A stretch of DNA of 64,000 nt from Antedon mediterranea (lineage: Eukaryota > Animalia > Echinodermata). Positions 1 through 13,200 of this stretch are shown here, piece after piece. Both the position numbers and the translations under genes were made by a program. The notes under the pieces were generated by a model, which was not told the origin of the DNA, did not search any database, and worked only from the letters and a program-made list of their open reading frames with translations. The stretch is taken from contig NC_092675.1 in the NCBI RefSeq assembly GCF_964355755.1, positions 1,483,812-1,547,811 of the forward strand, read 5' to 3'. Position 1 is the first letter of the stretch. The number at the start of each line of letters is the position of its first letter.

Positions 1-124
1 AATAATACAATAATTTGAAAAAAAAAAATGAATTGCTTATTTAAAATTAATAACTTATTTAAATAAATAAATACAATTTTTTACTAATGAAAAAATGAAT
101 TAATAAGAAAATAAAATAACTTAC

Positions 125-3100
125 TTAATGACTTATTCAAAGTTAGATTCATATTGAAAGAATTAGCATTGGACTCGATTACAGGAACAGTATCTAGAAA
201 CAAGAATAGAGAGATTTTGAATTTGCGACAACCAAGGATTTTTGGTTAATGCTTTTTAAGATCATCTGAACACTAGCACCACTATGACTTTATACTTAAA
301 GATTATGGTTTCTCTCACGCATGTCACATCATAAAAGCATACCTAATTCCAATATACCTTCTCTTCCCTGGATAAGATTAATATCTGTACGTTTTTTCTT
401 GTTCATTGATATTGAATTCATTTTGCTTCCTTTGCAGGTAATTCTGGATGTGGTCAAACATTCATGAGATTGTGACTTCCCATTATTACTCTCTAATTCT
501 ACATCTGGTGGCTGAGATATAATTGTTTTCCTTTGTCTAATGCTAAAATCTAAATTCCTATTATTATGATCATTATTTGGAGATGAGTCAAGATAATTGT
601 CATAAACATGTTTATTTGATACAAAATATTGTGAGATGCATTTACTATCTGTTGCAGGAGTTTGTGATGACAATGGTCTTTCTGTGGACTCAAATGTATG
701 AGCTCGGTTGGTTTTTTCATAACTTCTTAAATCTTTAAAACCCGAAACCTCTTGACAAAATGCGCTTAATGGCTGTTGTGATCTAAATGTACCATTATCT
801 GCCATCTTTTGGTACAGTTGATCATCTCCAGTTTCCTCTAGAACTTCTGGATACATATTATGCTGACACATAACATCTTCCTGTCCTTCCTGAGAATATT
901 CATGGATATTTTCTGCTACTTTAAATGACTGAAAGTTGTCTTCTATCATCAATTGAGTACCAGATATTTCCTGATACATGGTTGTACTTCTAATCTTTTC
1001 AGGAACTTCCTGATAATCTTCTGATATTTGTACATTTCCTTCTGAAACTTCCTCAAATGATTGAGCCTTTGTACATTCCTCTGGAACTCTTTGGTAATAT
1101 TCAGCACTTGTTTTTAAATTTCCTAGCCTTGAATCCTGTTTCACATCCTCATAGAATAAATTTTCATCAGCCTCAATCAAATTATACGATAAAGATGAGT
1201 CTGGCATAAATGATTCAAAACTTATGGAATTGGCAGTAACCTCATTGAATTTCTCATCTCTATTCATTTGTGATCCATTATATACATTTTCTTGGTAACG
1301 TTGCGGTGATAGTAGATGTTTGCCTTCTTTTGTATATGTACTCCATTTATATGGCTCTTCTGCAAAACTAAAAATACCTCCTTTCCTTTTTGAAAACATA
1401 TCTCGGCTTAAAGAAGTCTGTTGACGTTCTTGGTCACTGATGGAAAATGCATCTGGTAAGTTGGGTTTTTCTAGCTCATACAAATCATTATGATGGTCAC
1501 TTCTGTGAATTGGTCTCAAATGACTACGACTTGATGACCTCTTTGCAGTTTCACTGCATTTGGTACCTCTCCATACATACTCTTCAACCTTATTAGAAAC
1601 CTATGTAAAATGGAAACGATTACTTTCAGAAGGAATTTGAAACAGACTATTCAACATACAAACACTTCACAATGCACAATATTCTATTAACTAGTGAGAA
1701 AACTTACATTTAATTTCCGATCAAAGTTTTTTCTGTTTTTAGTAGTTCTAGCAGAAACAGCATTATTAACACTTTGTGTTGAAAGTATCTCATCAATTAA
1801 GTTGCGAGTTACCTCTGTGCAGTCATATGTGTTCTTGCGAAAAGTGGTATTCTCCTTGTAGGGAGATAAAGTGAAGTCTAAAGAGAAAGAATTTAAGATT
1901 AAAGATGTTTTTCAAGATTCAATTATTAAAGTATAGTGTGACAATGTATTAATGTATACACCTATTACTGTATCTGATTAAAACAATTATTCTTACCGTT
2001 TACATGACTTTGTTTCAAAGGCTTAGAACTCCATAATTCACAACATCTATCATTAGTGGAAAATTTAGCATGTTCATATCTTAATTCATTGAAGTCTTCA
2101 ACAAGTGTCTGTTCTCTACAATGTACCTTCTCCTCATCTGGAGTCTCCCGATTTTGAAAGTAATTCAAAGAATGCGAAATTGACTGAGAACTTAAATTAA
2201 TTATTGAAGGAGACTCATCCAATTTACACCTCTTATGATTAGAAGATTTTGTATAATATTCAGTTTGGGAATGATAATCATTCATAATATCATCTGATGA
2301 TTTCATGTTTGATAATACCTTCTTTGAAACTGGGCTAGCGATTGGGACAAAATCAAAAGTATCTGCAGATGTTGAAGTTTCTTGACTACTGGACACTGAC
2401 ATTGGCAATACTTGTTGGGAACTGAACAACTGAGAGCCATCACTAGTACCCTCAGGTTCACTGTTATCTACAATTATAGGCATGTCATTTTGAAAATTCT
2501 GCTTAATAATTTCGTCACAACTTTGATGCACTATGTTATCTTTATCATCACTAATTATTTCAATATTGCAGTCTTGTGTTAGAAGGTCGCAGCCTTTCTT
2601 TGAATAAAGCAACTGAGAACCATCAGATTCACATTCATCCACTATTATTGGCATTTCATTTTGTATATCCTGCAAAATTTCTTCACAACTTTGGTGCATT
2701 ATGTTATCTTTATCACGGCTAATTATTTCAGCCTCTTTTAACTTGTAGTTTATTAACAATGTTTCATCCACTTCACAAATACTATCATCAAACTCTGTAA
2801 GATTTTGCGAGTTCAAACAGCAATCAGATAAGGTACCCTCTTCATCAGATATATGAATAATTTCCTCTGATGCAACACATATCTCATTCTTTTCATTAGT
2901 TACTGATTTGGTATTTTCTTCTTCTGGTATAAGAAAGTTATTCTTCCACTCTTTACTAACACTTGTCAAATGTTTAACCAATTGCAAATTATCTTTTTCT
3001 TCATACAACATTTTAATGTTTTTATCTAGCGTACCTGTAACAAGGTTTTCACTGTTTCCCGATTGTTCATTGCTTTTGGTCATCATTTTGTCTTCACCTG

Positions 3101-5977
3101 TCACAGAAACATCAAATGGAACAGTCTGGTCAAGTGTAATTATTTTACTCTCTTCTGGCATAACATAATATTTTTTCGTCTTTTCAGATAAAGGTGAACA
3201 GCAATCTTCAACACATACTTCATAATCTTCAGTTAAGTTTTTCTCTCCAAAGACTTCAACATCATCTACTATATTTTCTGGTATTACTAAAATGTCCTTC
3301 CCTAAATTATTGTCTTCTAACTTTTGTTTGATTATGTTATTCTCTTTTGTTGGTACAAAATAACTCATTAAGAGAAATTTAGTATTTTCTTCGGATTTGT
3401 TTAAATAAACACTATTATCTGGTATCTCGGTGTTTTCAGCTTTTGATACTTCACTACTAGAAGATAAGTTGCCAATATCACAATTTTCTACGATCTGTTT
3501 TTTGTAATCTTCTACAAGAATTTCTTCTAATTCAACTATTGGTTCTTCATAATTTATTACAATACTATCCTCAACTAAGAACATTTCATTGCTATCATCT
3601 ACATGGCTTTCTATGATGCTCTCTCCTAGTTTGTCTGAGTTGACTATATCTACATCCACTTGCACTGTCTGACTAAAAAAATCCTTACTAAATACTAAAT
3701 CCATCTTGTCCTCATTAGTGCTTTCTAATCTATTGTCACTACTACTCTCCTCACAACCTTCTAAACAAGTGTTTATAAAAACTGGATCGCTAACTAAAAC
3801 ATTTGTATCTGGCATTATATTTTTAGTATCGGATGTTTCCAGACACATTTCTAAGTCATTCCTTTCTTTTACAAATTCAGTTTCCTCAGAATTATTTTCT
3901 TCAGATTTTACTGCATTTCTAGTTCTCTGTTGGTCAGATAATTTTAGTACAGTCTCTTTACAACAATTATCTATTTTAACATTAACTCTATCCTCAATAT
4001 AAACAACCTTACCAGGATTTGTCTGCATTTCTGAACAGACTTCATTGGACTGTTTCACTGGTACTTGGAATCTCTTTCTTTTGTTTCCAAGAAGTTCTAA
4101 AATCTGGATTCTATTCCTTTTCATGCCTGCATGAATACTATTTGTTTGGCACTCTCCAGTATTTGTTTGATTTAATGATGGTTGACATATATTACTTTTG
4201 GCAGTAGAATTTGATTCTACACCATTTCTATCATCACAAACGTCTTCACTGCTGTAACTATTCAATATTCCTGACGTTTTATTCTGCTGGTTGGAGTTCT
4301 TAGAACCAGTGAATTGTTTATTACAAGGTGTAATTACACCTCTATTCTCCCTGCAATGTTGCTGCCTTGATGAATTGTTTGTGATTGATGGAGAGAACTT
4401 TGATTGTTCCACAGGAGATTCTTTGAGACCATTCTCCAGTTTTGTATTCACTTGCCGTGGAACAGTAAATCCCTTAAATAATGAAATTAAAGACATTTGG
4501 TACATGTACTTTATATACAATTGATATTTTAAGCAGTAAACAAGTATACATAATGTAATAGATCATGATGTTTTATTATTGTGGGGTGGCTTACAGGATA
4601 CAAAATCCTTTCTTAAATTCAAAGTGTATTGAATCTGGAAACAAGATAAATTTTCAAAGACCAAAACATAGTGGATGTCCTTATAACCACATAGATGCTT
4701 TGCATGGAAATCACTCAAAGACTACAGTAAAGATAGGCTTGCAAAGAAATTATCAGAAAGACTAGAAATATGTTTATATCAGAGTTAAGTTCTGCTTCCA
4801 CTTTCAAACTAGTTTGACAAAAAAAAGTATGATGTGCCCACATATGGTAATGGTATTCCCAAATATTATGATATAACATCATCGAGTCCATATGCTGTAT
4901 GGGCACATCACATGTTTTTGTCAAATAAACTTTGATAGTGTAGACAGAACTTTAGTAAATTATTATTCACAGACAAGTTCTAGGATTTGAAATATACTTT
5001 ACCATTCTTGTTCTTGTAAATGTTTTAGCAGGTTTATGTTGTACACATTGTGCTTTTATAACTCCTGCTGCTGCACTGGGTGCAAGTGGTTTGCTCAATT
5101 CACCATTGCCATTATCATCAACTGTTATCAAGTATTTCGCACTCTCAAGATCAGCACCTAAATAAACCTTTAAACACAAGGAAATCCCTCGCATTTTAAA
5201 TCAATATTTTTTATTTTGATATAAAAAACATTTTTTTTGTTTTGGCAAGAATAAAAATTGATCAAAAATGTCCAAGGTCAATAAACTAGGAGGATGGCAA
5301 AGTCTCATTGGCTTGATTTTCAGAAGGTAGGTTGCAATGTACATAAGACCAAAACATATCTGCATCTTTGACACCTTCCACAATAGAAATGAATTATTGA
5401 TTCAAAGATTGTAGTATTCTTTTGTTATGTTATTCACTATGTAGTAAACAAAACTCTAACTTTGGCACTTACTTGAGCTGGCTTAATGTATAGTGTATCA
5501 ATGTGACCATTGTGGTCATCATACAGATGTGCTGTGTTGTCTTGGTGTACCTTTAGTCTGCCATCATGCCAAGTTTTACTTTTCTTTGTTTTTTGATGAG
5601 TATAAAGCACCTTAAAATTAAAAATGTATCTGATTTTATAATAATAATAATAATAATAATAACAGGATTTTTATAGCGCACATACCACTCAAGAGTGCTC
5701 AAGGCGCATTTTATGTAGACAAACATTCTGTAACTCTAATTTTCTTTATATATTTAGGCAAATTGCCAATGATAACATAGGCGAATTCATTTACATCATA
5801 ACCACCAAGCCACAACTCCACTAATAATTGTTTCAGTTTCAGTGAAAAGGTGAACTGCAAAATCATCACTTTACAAATGGTACTCTTGGTTTAAAATGGG
5901 TTCAAACAATAAGTAAACTATAATGGAAATATATAACAGAAAAAGACACGTACAATGAAAACAGTACTTGATGACAT
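125..5977 (-). CDS. ZGRF1: ZGRF1-like protein (N-terminal DUF2439 domain plus long acidic low-complexity region); 5' part, gene continues left of the window
   Basis: Exons 5977-5954, 5610-5473, 5167-5003, 4472-1997, 1877-1813, 1600-343 and 193-125 have GT-AG ends and consistent phases. The N-terminus MSSSTVFIVLYTHQKTKKSKTWHDGRLKV...LYDD...GADLESAKYLITVD matches the ZGRF1/Mte1 DUF2439 signature. The GRF zinc finger and helicase part are not in the window. Confidence 0.85.
4788..4951. mobile_element. Harbinger/Tourist-type MITE, family A (degenerate copy)
   Basis: TIR related to AGCTCTGTCTACACTATCAAAC...GTTTGATAGTGTAGACAGAGCT, flanked by TTA/TTA. Confidence 0.75.
5638..5712 (-). mobile_element. 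LINE/SINE 3' tail remnant (L2-like stem-loop plus (TAT)n)
   Basis: The minus strand reads GCGCCTTGAGCACTCTTGAGTGGTATGTGCGCTATAAAAATCCTG followed by (TAT)n. Similar tails occur near 12215, 28200 and 41760. Confidence 0.5.
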
Positions 5978-6239
5978 CTTTAAAGAGTTCTGATGAGAAG
6001 ATTCAAATAAAATGCTTCATGCTGTGTAAAAACAAAAAAAAAGGTTAAATTCGTGATTCGCAATATTATTATCAGCAACGCACACAATTTTAAAAATATC
6101 AAATAATCAATTCTAATTTTCAGAGGAGTGATCATTACGATGGGATTTCCTTGCGCATTTTGAAATTGTGCAGGATTTTTTGCGCAAATCATTCAACTCG
6201 TCACGCACATATCAATTATCATCTATTATACATACGACA

Positions 6240-6907
6240 CCGCATACTCTCTAGGGCTAGGCCCCTAATAGTAACTAATGTATTCTTAATCACTAGGCCT
6301 ACACCGCTGACCTACATTCTAGGTATGATTAGGCCTGCCTTGATTACTTAGCAGCTAGAATTAGGGCCTAGCTAGGCTAATAGTAACACACTCACTCAGT
6401 CTCACACACTCAGTGAGACCCATCTAGTCTCCTCGGTCTCGGTCTTCTGAAATTCAGCAGGATGCTGATTCTGAAACACAATCTGTTCTGTTGTTGTTGT
6501 TGTCAACGATAATGTTTTATTAATATCTAAGTTCTGAGTTCGTATGAAACACAGAATGAAACACAAATAGGTTACGTTTTTTATAAACAAAACTAGGCAT
6601 TCAACTTTGTTATATAGGCTATTTATGTTTCTGTTTGCTGCTAGGCCTGGCGGTCTGCTGATGGTGGTGGTGTGCAGATTTTAAGCATCGCGCGCTGAAT
6701 TAAATTCCGCCCTCTATAACATTTGGTATTTTTTATAGGTCGTCGTCCCCGGTCAAAATATGACCTTTAACCTACAGCCCTGGGAAATTATTTACATACA
6801 ATAGATAAACAGCTGATTAGACCTCACTGTTGCACAGATTTCGAAATCTTATTTCATTGTTGCACACTTGTTTACTTACGAAAGACAAGAAACAACTCCC
6901 CAAAACG
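6240..6907. promoter_or_regulatory. Putative bidirectional promoter of ZGRF1 (-) and MTTP (+)
   Basis: The genes are divergent and the region is locally richer in CpG. Candidate non-coding first-exon donors: GTGAGT on - at ~6395 and GTAAGG on + at ~6908. DR1 TGACCTTTAACCT at 6761-6773; AGATAA at ~6803. Confidence 0.6.
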
Positions 6908-7271
6908 GTAAGGCTTGTAATTATAAGTTTTAATCATAAACTTGGCATGAATTATTGATAATATTATTATCTGAACGTGGGTAGAGGAGTAAGACTTTAC
7001 AACCTATCACTAACACTAACAGCTCCCGGTTCCTCTGTCTTATCATAATTTGATAGAGAAACGAACTATAGTTTTTTGTTTCCAAAGGTCGTTGTAATCT
7101 GGGACTATTGTTACATTATTTGTTGTGCAATTTATTTTACATAGTTGCCGGTGATTTCACAGTTGGCCACGTCGACTTTTAGATGTGACTAGAAGCTGAA
7201 TAAAAGTTTCAGAAGAAAGTAACCATCTTGAACAGGAGTTTTATAAGAATTTAAAGTCTGCTGAATACAAA

Positions 7272-10200
7272 ATGAAGATGCAACTAACTTTATTGGCTTT
7301 TTGTTTTATTCTTTCAACATGTAAGTAATTTAATATTTGTTTCCGACAACAATGTAATATCAGTAGTATGAAAAAGTAGGAGAAGCATGGGTGTAATCCA
7401 TTTTTTAAAATTTTCTATTTTTTAAAATTTTTTTTACAAGATAACTCACAAAAGTAACTAGCCTAGAATTCCAAATTTCCACCAACTGCAATTAACAAAA
7501 TTTTGAATTGTAACAAAATTACACAAAAAAATCAAAACTCTATTTGGTTCTTTTTGTTTTAAACTATAGATATGCATAAATCATACTCATTAAGTCTAGT
7601 CAATTAATAATTGAATACATACATGTCTAGATTTGCTCAGACATATTCTAGACATTATAAATGTCCAACCAGGAAATCAACCGCTTTTGTAACACTAGCT
7701 TTTAGTGTACCATCAACTTCCTATTTTAACAAAGTGTAACGTTCACATCTGAACTACAGGTTAAGGTTAAGAGCGCTGGTATTACTATTTTACTATATTA
7801 TTAACTGGTTGCACTGAAAGATCAAATAATTTTGCTATTTTTTATTATGAAAATGTGACCATGATTGAATTCAATTTAATTTCAGGCACTGCCTTGAACT
7901 ACGAACTTGGGAAAATGTACAAGTACAGTTACGAAACTGAATTAAAAGTGGATGACCCTTCTCTGGACAAAGATACTATTGGACATTCTGACGCCGGGTT
8001 TAAACTGTCCTCAAATGTCAACTTAGTGGTAGCATGGCAAAATAGTGCTAATAAACAGGATCAGTTAATTGAATTAACTGTAAGTAAATTAGTAGGCATA
8101 TTCGACTTTGACTCACAAGGCCAATTTTAATTATCAAATACTGCCCAAACAGCATCAATCAAAAACAAATTTATGTGAGAGATTGGTTCAGAATTTTTCC
8201 AAATATGGAGCCTTTTTAACTATAAAAAAAATCAAAACTGGGACAGGATTTCAGTTACACATGCTTTTGTGCACATTTCTTCAAATAATTCCTCTTTTTG
8301 CAGGTGCAAGATGCAAAAGTTTCCAATGTGTCAGAGCGGCCAGAGGATAGGAACACATTTGCAAATGCACCCCTTTCTAAACAAATAGTTTCACCTTATT
8401 CGGTATTCTTCCAATGGAATGATGGCAGAGTTGGGTCAATCTATGCTAATGAGAGGGATGTTTCTGGATCTCTTAACATGAAGCGTGGCCTGATTAGCCT
8501 GCTTCAGATACAATTGGCCAACGGAAAAGTCACTGAGGTAACAAAAAAAGCTGTGTGCATTTTTTTATAAACAAAAATTGTTGTAAATACTTTAATAGGG
8601 ATTATCAATTCAATTAATGAGCTTAGCTTGGTGCTTTCCTTCCAATTCCAAGGTCCAGAGTTCAATCCTGACTTAGGGTTGTAACCCACAACCCTCTAAA
8701 CTACACTCCCTAAGCCTCAAATTAGACTTATTATTAATTATAAAATAGTTTATCCATTCTGTAATTGGCTAGTTACTCACGGTTGGATGCATAAGAAAAA
8801 AAGGAGAGAATTTTATTTTTTTTTCAATTTATTGATTTATAATATATTCATTAATTTTGTTAATAATCATCCTTTTATTTATTAATCTTTTAATCATTTC
8901 ATACACTCTTGATTGCATTAGACTGATGCATCTGGTGAATGTCGGGTAACATACACTGCTAAGGAGAGAACCATTAAAAAGGTTAAAGATTCAAAAACCT
9001 GTTCTGCTCCTGTAGACTTCAATTACTACCACCCGCAACAGATCATGGACATTGATGTGAGGTCAGATGTGAAAGCAGACTACAAGTTGTCTGATGATGG
9101 TTCTATTATCCAATCAGCAAGCAGCTTTGAAAGTCATTTCACTGGAATCAACGTTAGAAAATCTCTGGCTTCTTCTGTTGTCTCAACGTAAGTCATTCTC
9201 AAACTCCAACCCTTTAAGAGGATACCTTGAGGACTCAACAAAGTGTCCCATTAATAGGATCTTCCCTAATTGGCCAGAATATTGAAAAACATATATTGCC
9301 CCTTGTTCATTTCCAGGGAAACCGTTCCCATAATAGATGTACCCTGATTGAGGGTGTCCCAAAAAGAGGGAATCTACTGCGTAATAAATTTGTAATTTTT
9401 TTACAAAAAAAAACAAAAGTTACTGTATAATGTTGTAAAGCTCCATACAGCAATAATAGATTTCAAAATCACACATAAATTAAACTTGCACAAAACTAAA
9501 TTCTTTCATCACATTGATCTTCTGTTTGTACTTGACAAAACAAACATATTTGTCACAGTCTGTACTGTAATATGAACAAAGGGGAAAGACCTTTGCTATA
9601 ATAGGTCGTGCTCTAATCTCATCAAATATTTTAATAATCACAATGAACACAAAGATATGACTAGTTTGACTTTGTCAATATGTTATATTTTTACAAGGTT
9701 ATCAAAGTATACAACCCTTGCCACGTGGATGACAGTTACTTGATTTTAATGATATGTTTCATATTTTAACAGGTTCGAAAAAAGTGTTGAAAATGGATTC
9801 ATATCAATTATAATAAGGATGAATAAAACAAATTATTTCTCATCCAAATTCATTGGTTACAAACAGAAAAAATGTATCAATATTTGCAGAACAACAACAT
9901 GCTTTAAAACACTCCATTATTTCATTTATTATTTCAAAAAATAATATTTTGCTATTTGCAGACAAGACTTAACATATGTCTCAACAGAAGGAGGTGCTAA
10001 GACGTTGTCAGGGTCAACTATAGAGGATGCATTGGCCAGTAATACTGACTTGGTAGCTATCTCAATGATCTCAGAACCAACTCAACAACAATGTACCAGT
10101 GGCTGTGAAATTGTAAGATTTTACAATTTCAATTTGAGATATTTGATATATATGTCACAGTGTTTATTTTATTAATTTGTATTTATCTTTTAAATTTCAT

Positions 10201-13200
10201 TGTAAATCTTTATCCCTGCTTTTAGTCAACATATCCTCAGATGTTTATTTTACTTCTGTATTTCAAATGTATCTATTACTTTGATCCATATTTATATTCA
10301 TTACAGCCTTCCAAAGTTATGGAACGTTTAAGGTCAAATTTAAAAGGTGAACACATGTCCAAAACAGAATCAGCTATTGCGTCGATTGACGCTGTTCTTG
10401 CATTTCGCAACGCTGGTAAAGATACTCTTCTAGCAGTTCTTCGTGATCCTAAAAATAAAGATATTCTGTAAGTTTTAAATTTATTTTTCTTTACACCTTA
10501 AATGACGACTTTCCTATAAATACATTAGGGTAATACAAAAGGTTAAGACACTCTAAAGCCTTCTGGAGTTTTGAGATTCTAGTGTGTAGTGGAATATTAA
10601 AATAATTTCCCTCTCTGTCATGTAAACTGTATTTATCAATGATAGACATGAAATAATACATAAATGAAGATTGATGTGCAGTACTATGCTTTTGAAGGAT
10701 TATATTCATTCATTCATTCATAGATGTAGTCTAAACTTGAGTTCTACATTTCTTCACCCTTTCATCTTTGTTTTATGCAAGGCCAAATCAGTTTAATCTT
10801 ATCAACAAAACAAAAATGATCTTTATAATATCGTAATACTAATTAAAGGTCTACCTAAGTTTTTGTATTACTATATTTCCATTAGACACATAATCACGCT
10901 GTGCGATTCTTTTTCTAGACCTCAATTGATGGATATCCTTGCAGCAACACAGACATTGGCGTCAGAGAAGGTCCTCTTAGAAGTGGTAAACTTCAAAGAT
11001 GAAGAAAATGCAGAAGGTATTGAGCGGATATTCTTTGTAACTGGTTATAATAACCACCCTAGTGAATTTCTTCTAGAAAAATATTTAGTAAGTATACATT
11101 TGCTTTTTAGAATATCCTAAATGTAGAAAATTTAACAAAATTGTTAAAATACATTTTTCAAATAATATGTTAATTTATTTATTTTTTTAATTCGTTTTTA
11201 CTGATACTATTATTTTAGTGACATATAAATATATTTTTGTTTGTTTGTTTGTTTCAATTATTTATTTTCCACACATTGAACAAAAAAGAACAGACATTTA
11301 TACATTTAAAACAAGACAATGTGTGAAAGGAGATCAAAATAAGTTAAAATTACTTTAAGCATTTGATCCTGTTTATATGAACAAAAGTTTAAGCTCTATA
11401 TGTATACATAAATGAATTTCTCTTAAAGTGGGATTTTTGTGGAATATTTCATATTTAATAATTTTGTTTTAATATTATTCTCATTCAATGATTAGGATAT
11501 GCTAAAAAATAATGGTGTACCAAATGATGAAGTTAAAGAGACGCTGGCGCTAACACTTGGAAATCTACTAGGCATATACTGTGGTACTGAGTCCAGATGT
11601 AAAACAAAGGTATGTTACACATTACACTATAATATTGAGTTCTTCAGATGAGGAGTAAAGCCGTTGGTCCTGTGTACATACAGTTCTTGTTAAAGAAAAG
11701 ATTAGATACACTGCTGGCTGCGGTGGTCCGTAGAGGGCCTAATCTGTTTTCTTCAGTTTCAAGTATAATGAGGATTGCATTTATTTAATGCCTTGACTGT
11801 AGTGTTAAACAGAAGATTACAACTTTCAGAATCATTGGTTGGAGGCATTTATTGGCTAACTATAACGGTTGAACTATTTTAATTAGCCAGAGATTCTCAT
11901 CTATGCCATGTACATCACAAGATTATGATTATTTTTAAAGGTTGCTATTGACATCAAGGAGTATCTATTAGAAATGGTGAAGTCTGATGATGTAGCAACC
12001 AAATGTCAAGGACTTCGTGCTCTGGGCAATGCAGAGATGCCATCTCTCTTTCAAACCTTTGTCGATATTGCTTCCAATGAAGTGGATGCAGACGTTTTAA
12101 CTACAGTAATCAATGTTATGGACGTCTATGACAAAGAATTCTTTACAAAAGAAGTAAGATTCTAATATCATATAATTTATTCACTTGTGCGTTCTTGCGT
12201 TGATATAAGAAAAGATAATAAGATTTATAAAGCACACATATCCACAAAAAGCACTTAGTAACCTTGAAACTAAAAACAACAAACAATTTTGCAAAAAAAA
12301 AAACGGAATAAAAAGACCACTCTAACCCACATCACTGCTTCCGTTTACTGGCAATTTAAGGTGCACAGACATGCCAGTACATTACTTACAGGTGAATTTC
12401 CAAAGGTATGCTCGACATGTTGTAATGTAGGCACAGTGGTGCATGGCGGAGTAAGGAGCATCACTTCAAGATGGCATGGCTCATTGGCCAATGTGATGCA
12501 GCCATATTCTGTGGTCCTGAACCATGGTGACATACTTTTATGGCTCTCTCGTTTATTATAAAACCAATTTTGATAATCTAACCACCATATAAACAGTATA
12601 TCATGAATGTCTAATAAACTTACCATAACAGCCTTTCATCTTGACAGGTGAATGCAGTACTCAACAGAATATACCATGAAGTTCAACGTGAATACACATA
12701 TGTAATCCGGCTTACGGCTGCCAACAGCCTTCTTACAAAGAATCCTTCTGAACAAGATGTTATTAATATCCTGCTGTCTCTAAACTGCCAGAAAGTACCG
12801 GAGATGGTAACATTTCTGACAGCAAAGATTGACAACTTGATGACGCTAAATACTGTGGCAGGGTTGGTAAAATGATATCATTTTTTCAACCCATAATCAT
12901 ACTCTGTTATACATCTTAAAAACTTTTTTCAAGAGACACATACAAAAAGTATAGTGGCAATTAGAGAATAAATTAAATATTGTTATTTACACATCTTTTT
13001 TGACAGAAAAACAGTTCGCAAAGCTCTGTCTTCTGCAGCAGTTAGTAACTATAACACACGTGCCCACAGTGGACTTTCTGCAGCCTTTACTAATGTTATG
13101 GCAGGTAGGCATTTAAATAGGCAAATGTATTCATAAAATATGCAAATACTGAACCTTTTTCTGTCATAACCTGAGTGGTCTTCATATTTTACTGTATCAT

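Noticed and set aside
329-4520. Two independent intronless genes (396 aa and 851 aa ORFs)
   Set aside because: Both have splice sites that join in frame to the DUF2439 exons, so they are large exons of ZGRF1.
2908-4524. Plus-strand ORFs antisense to the large ZGRF1 exon
   Set aside because: Shadow ORFs of the coding strand with no recognisable domain.
12289-12626. Overlapping 90-93 aa ORFs in an MTTP intron
   Set aside because: No recognisable domain, and they are not needed for the frame-consistent MTTP model; probably repeat-derived.
12863-12872. Alternative MTTP donor GTAAAA at 12867
   Set aside because: It would shift the frame; the weaker-looking GTTGGT donor at 12863 preserves it.
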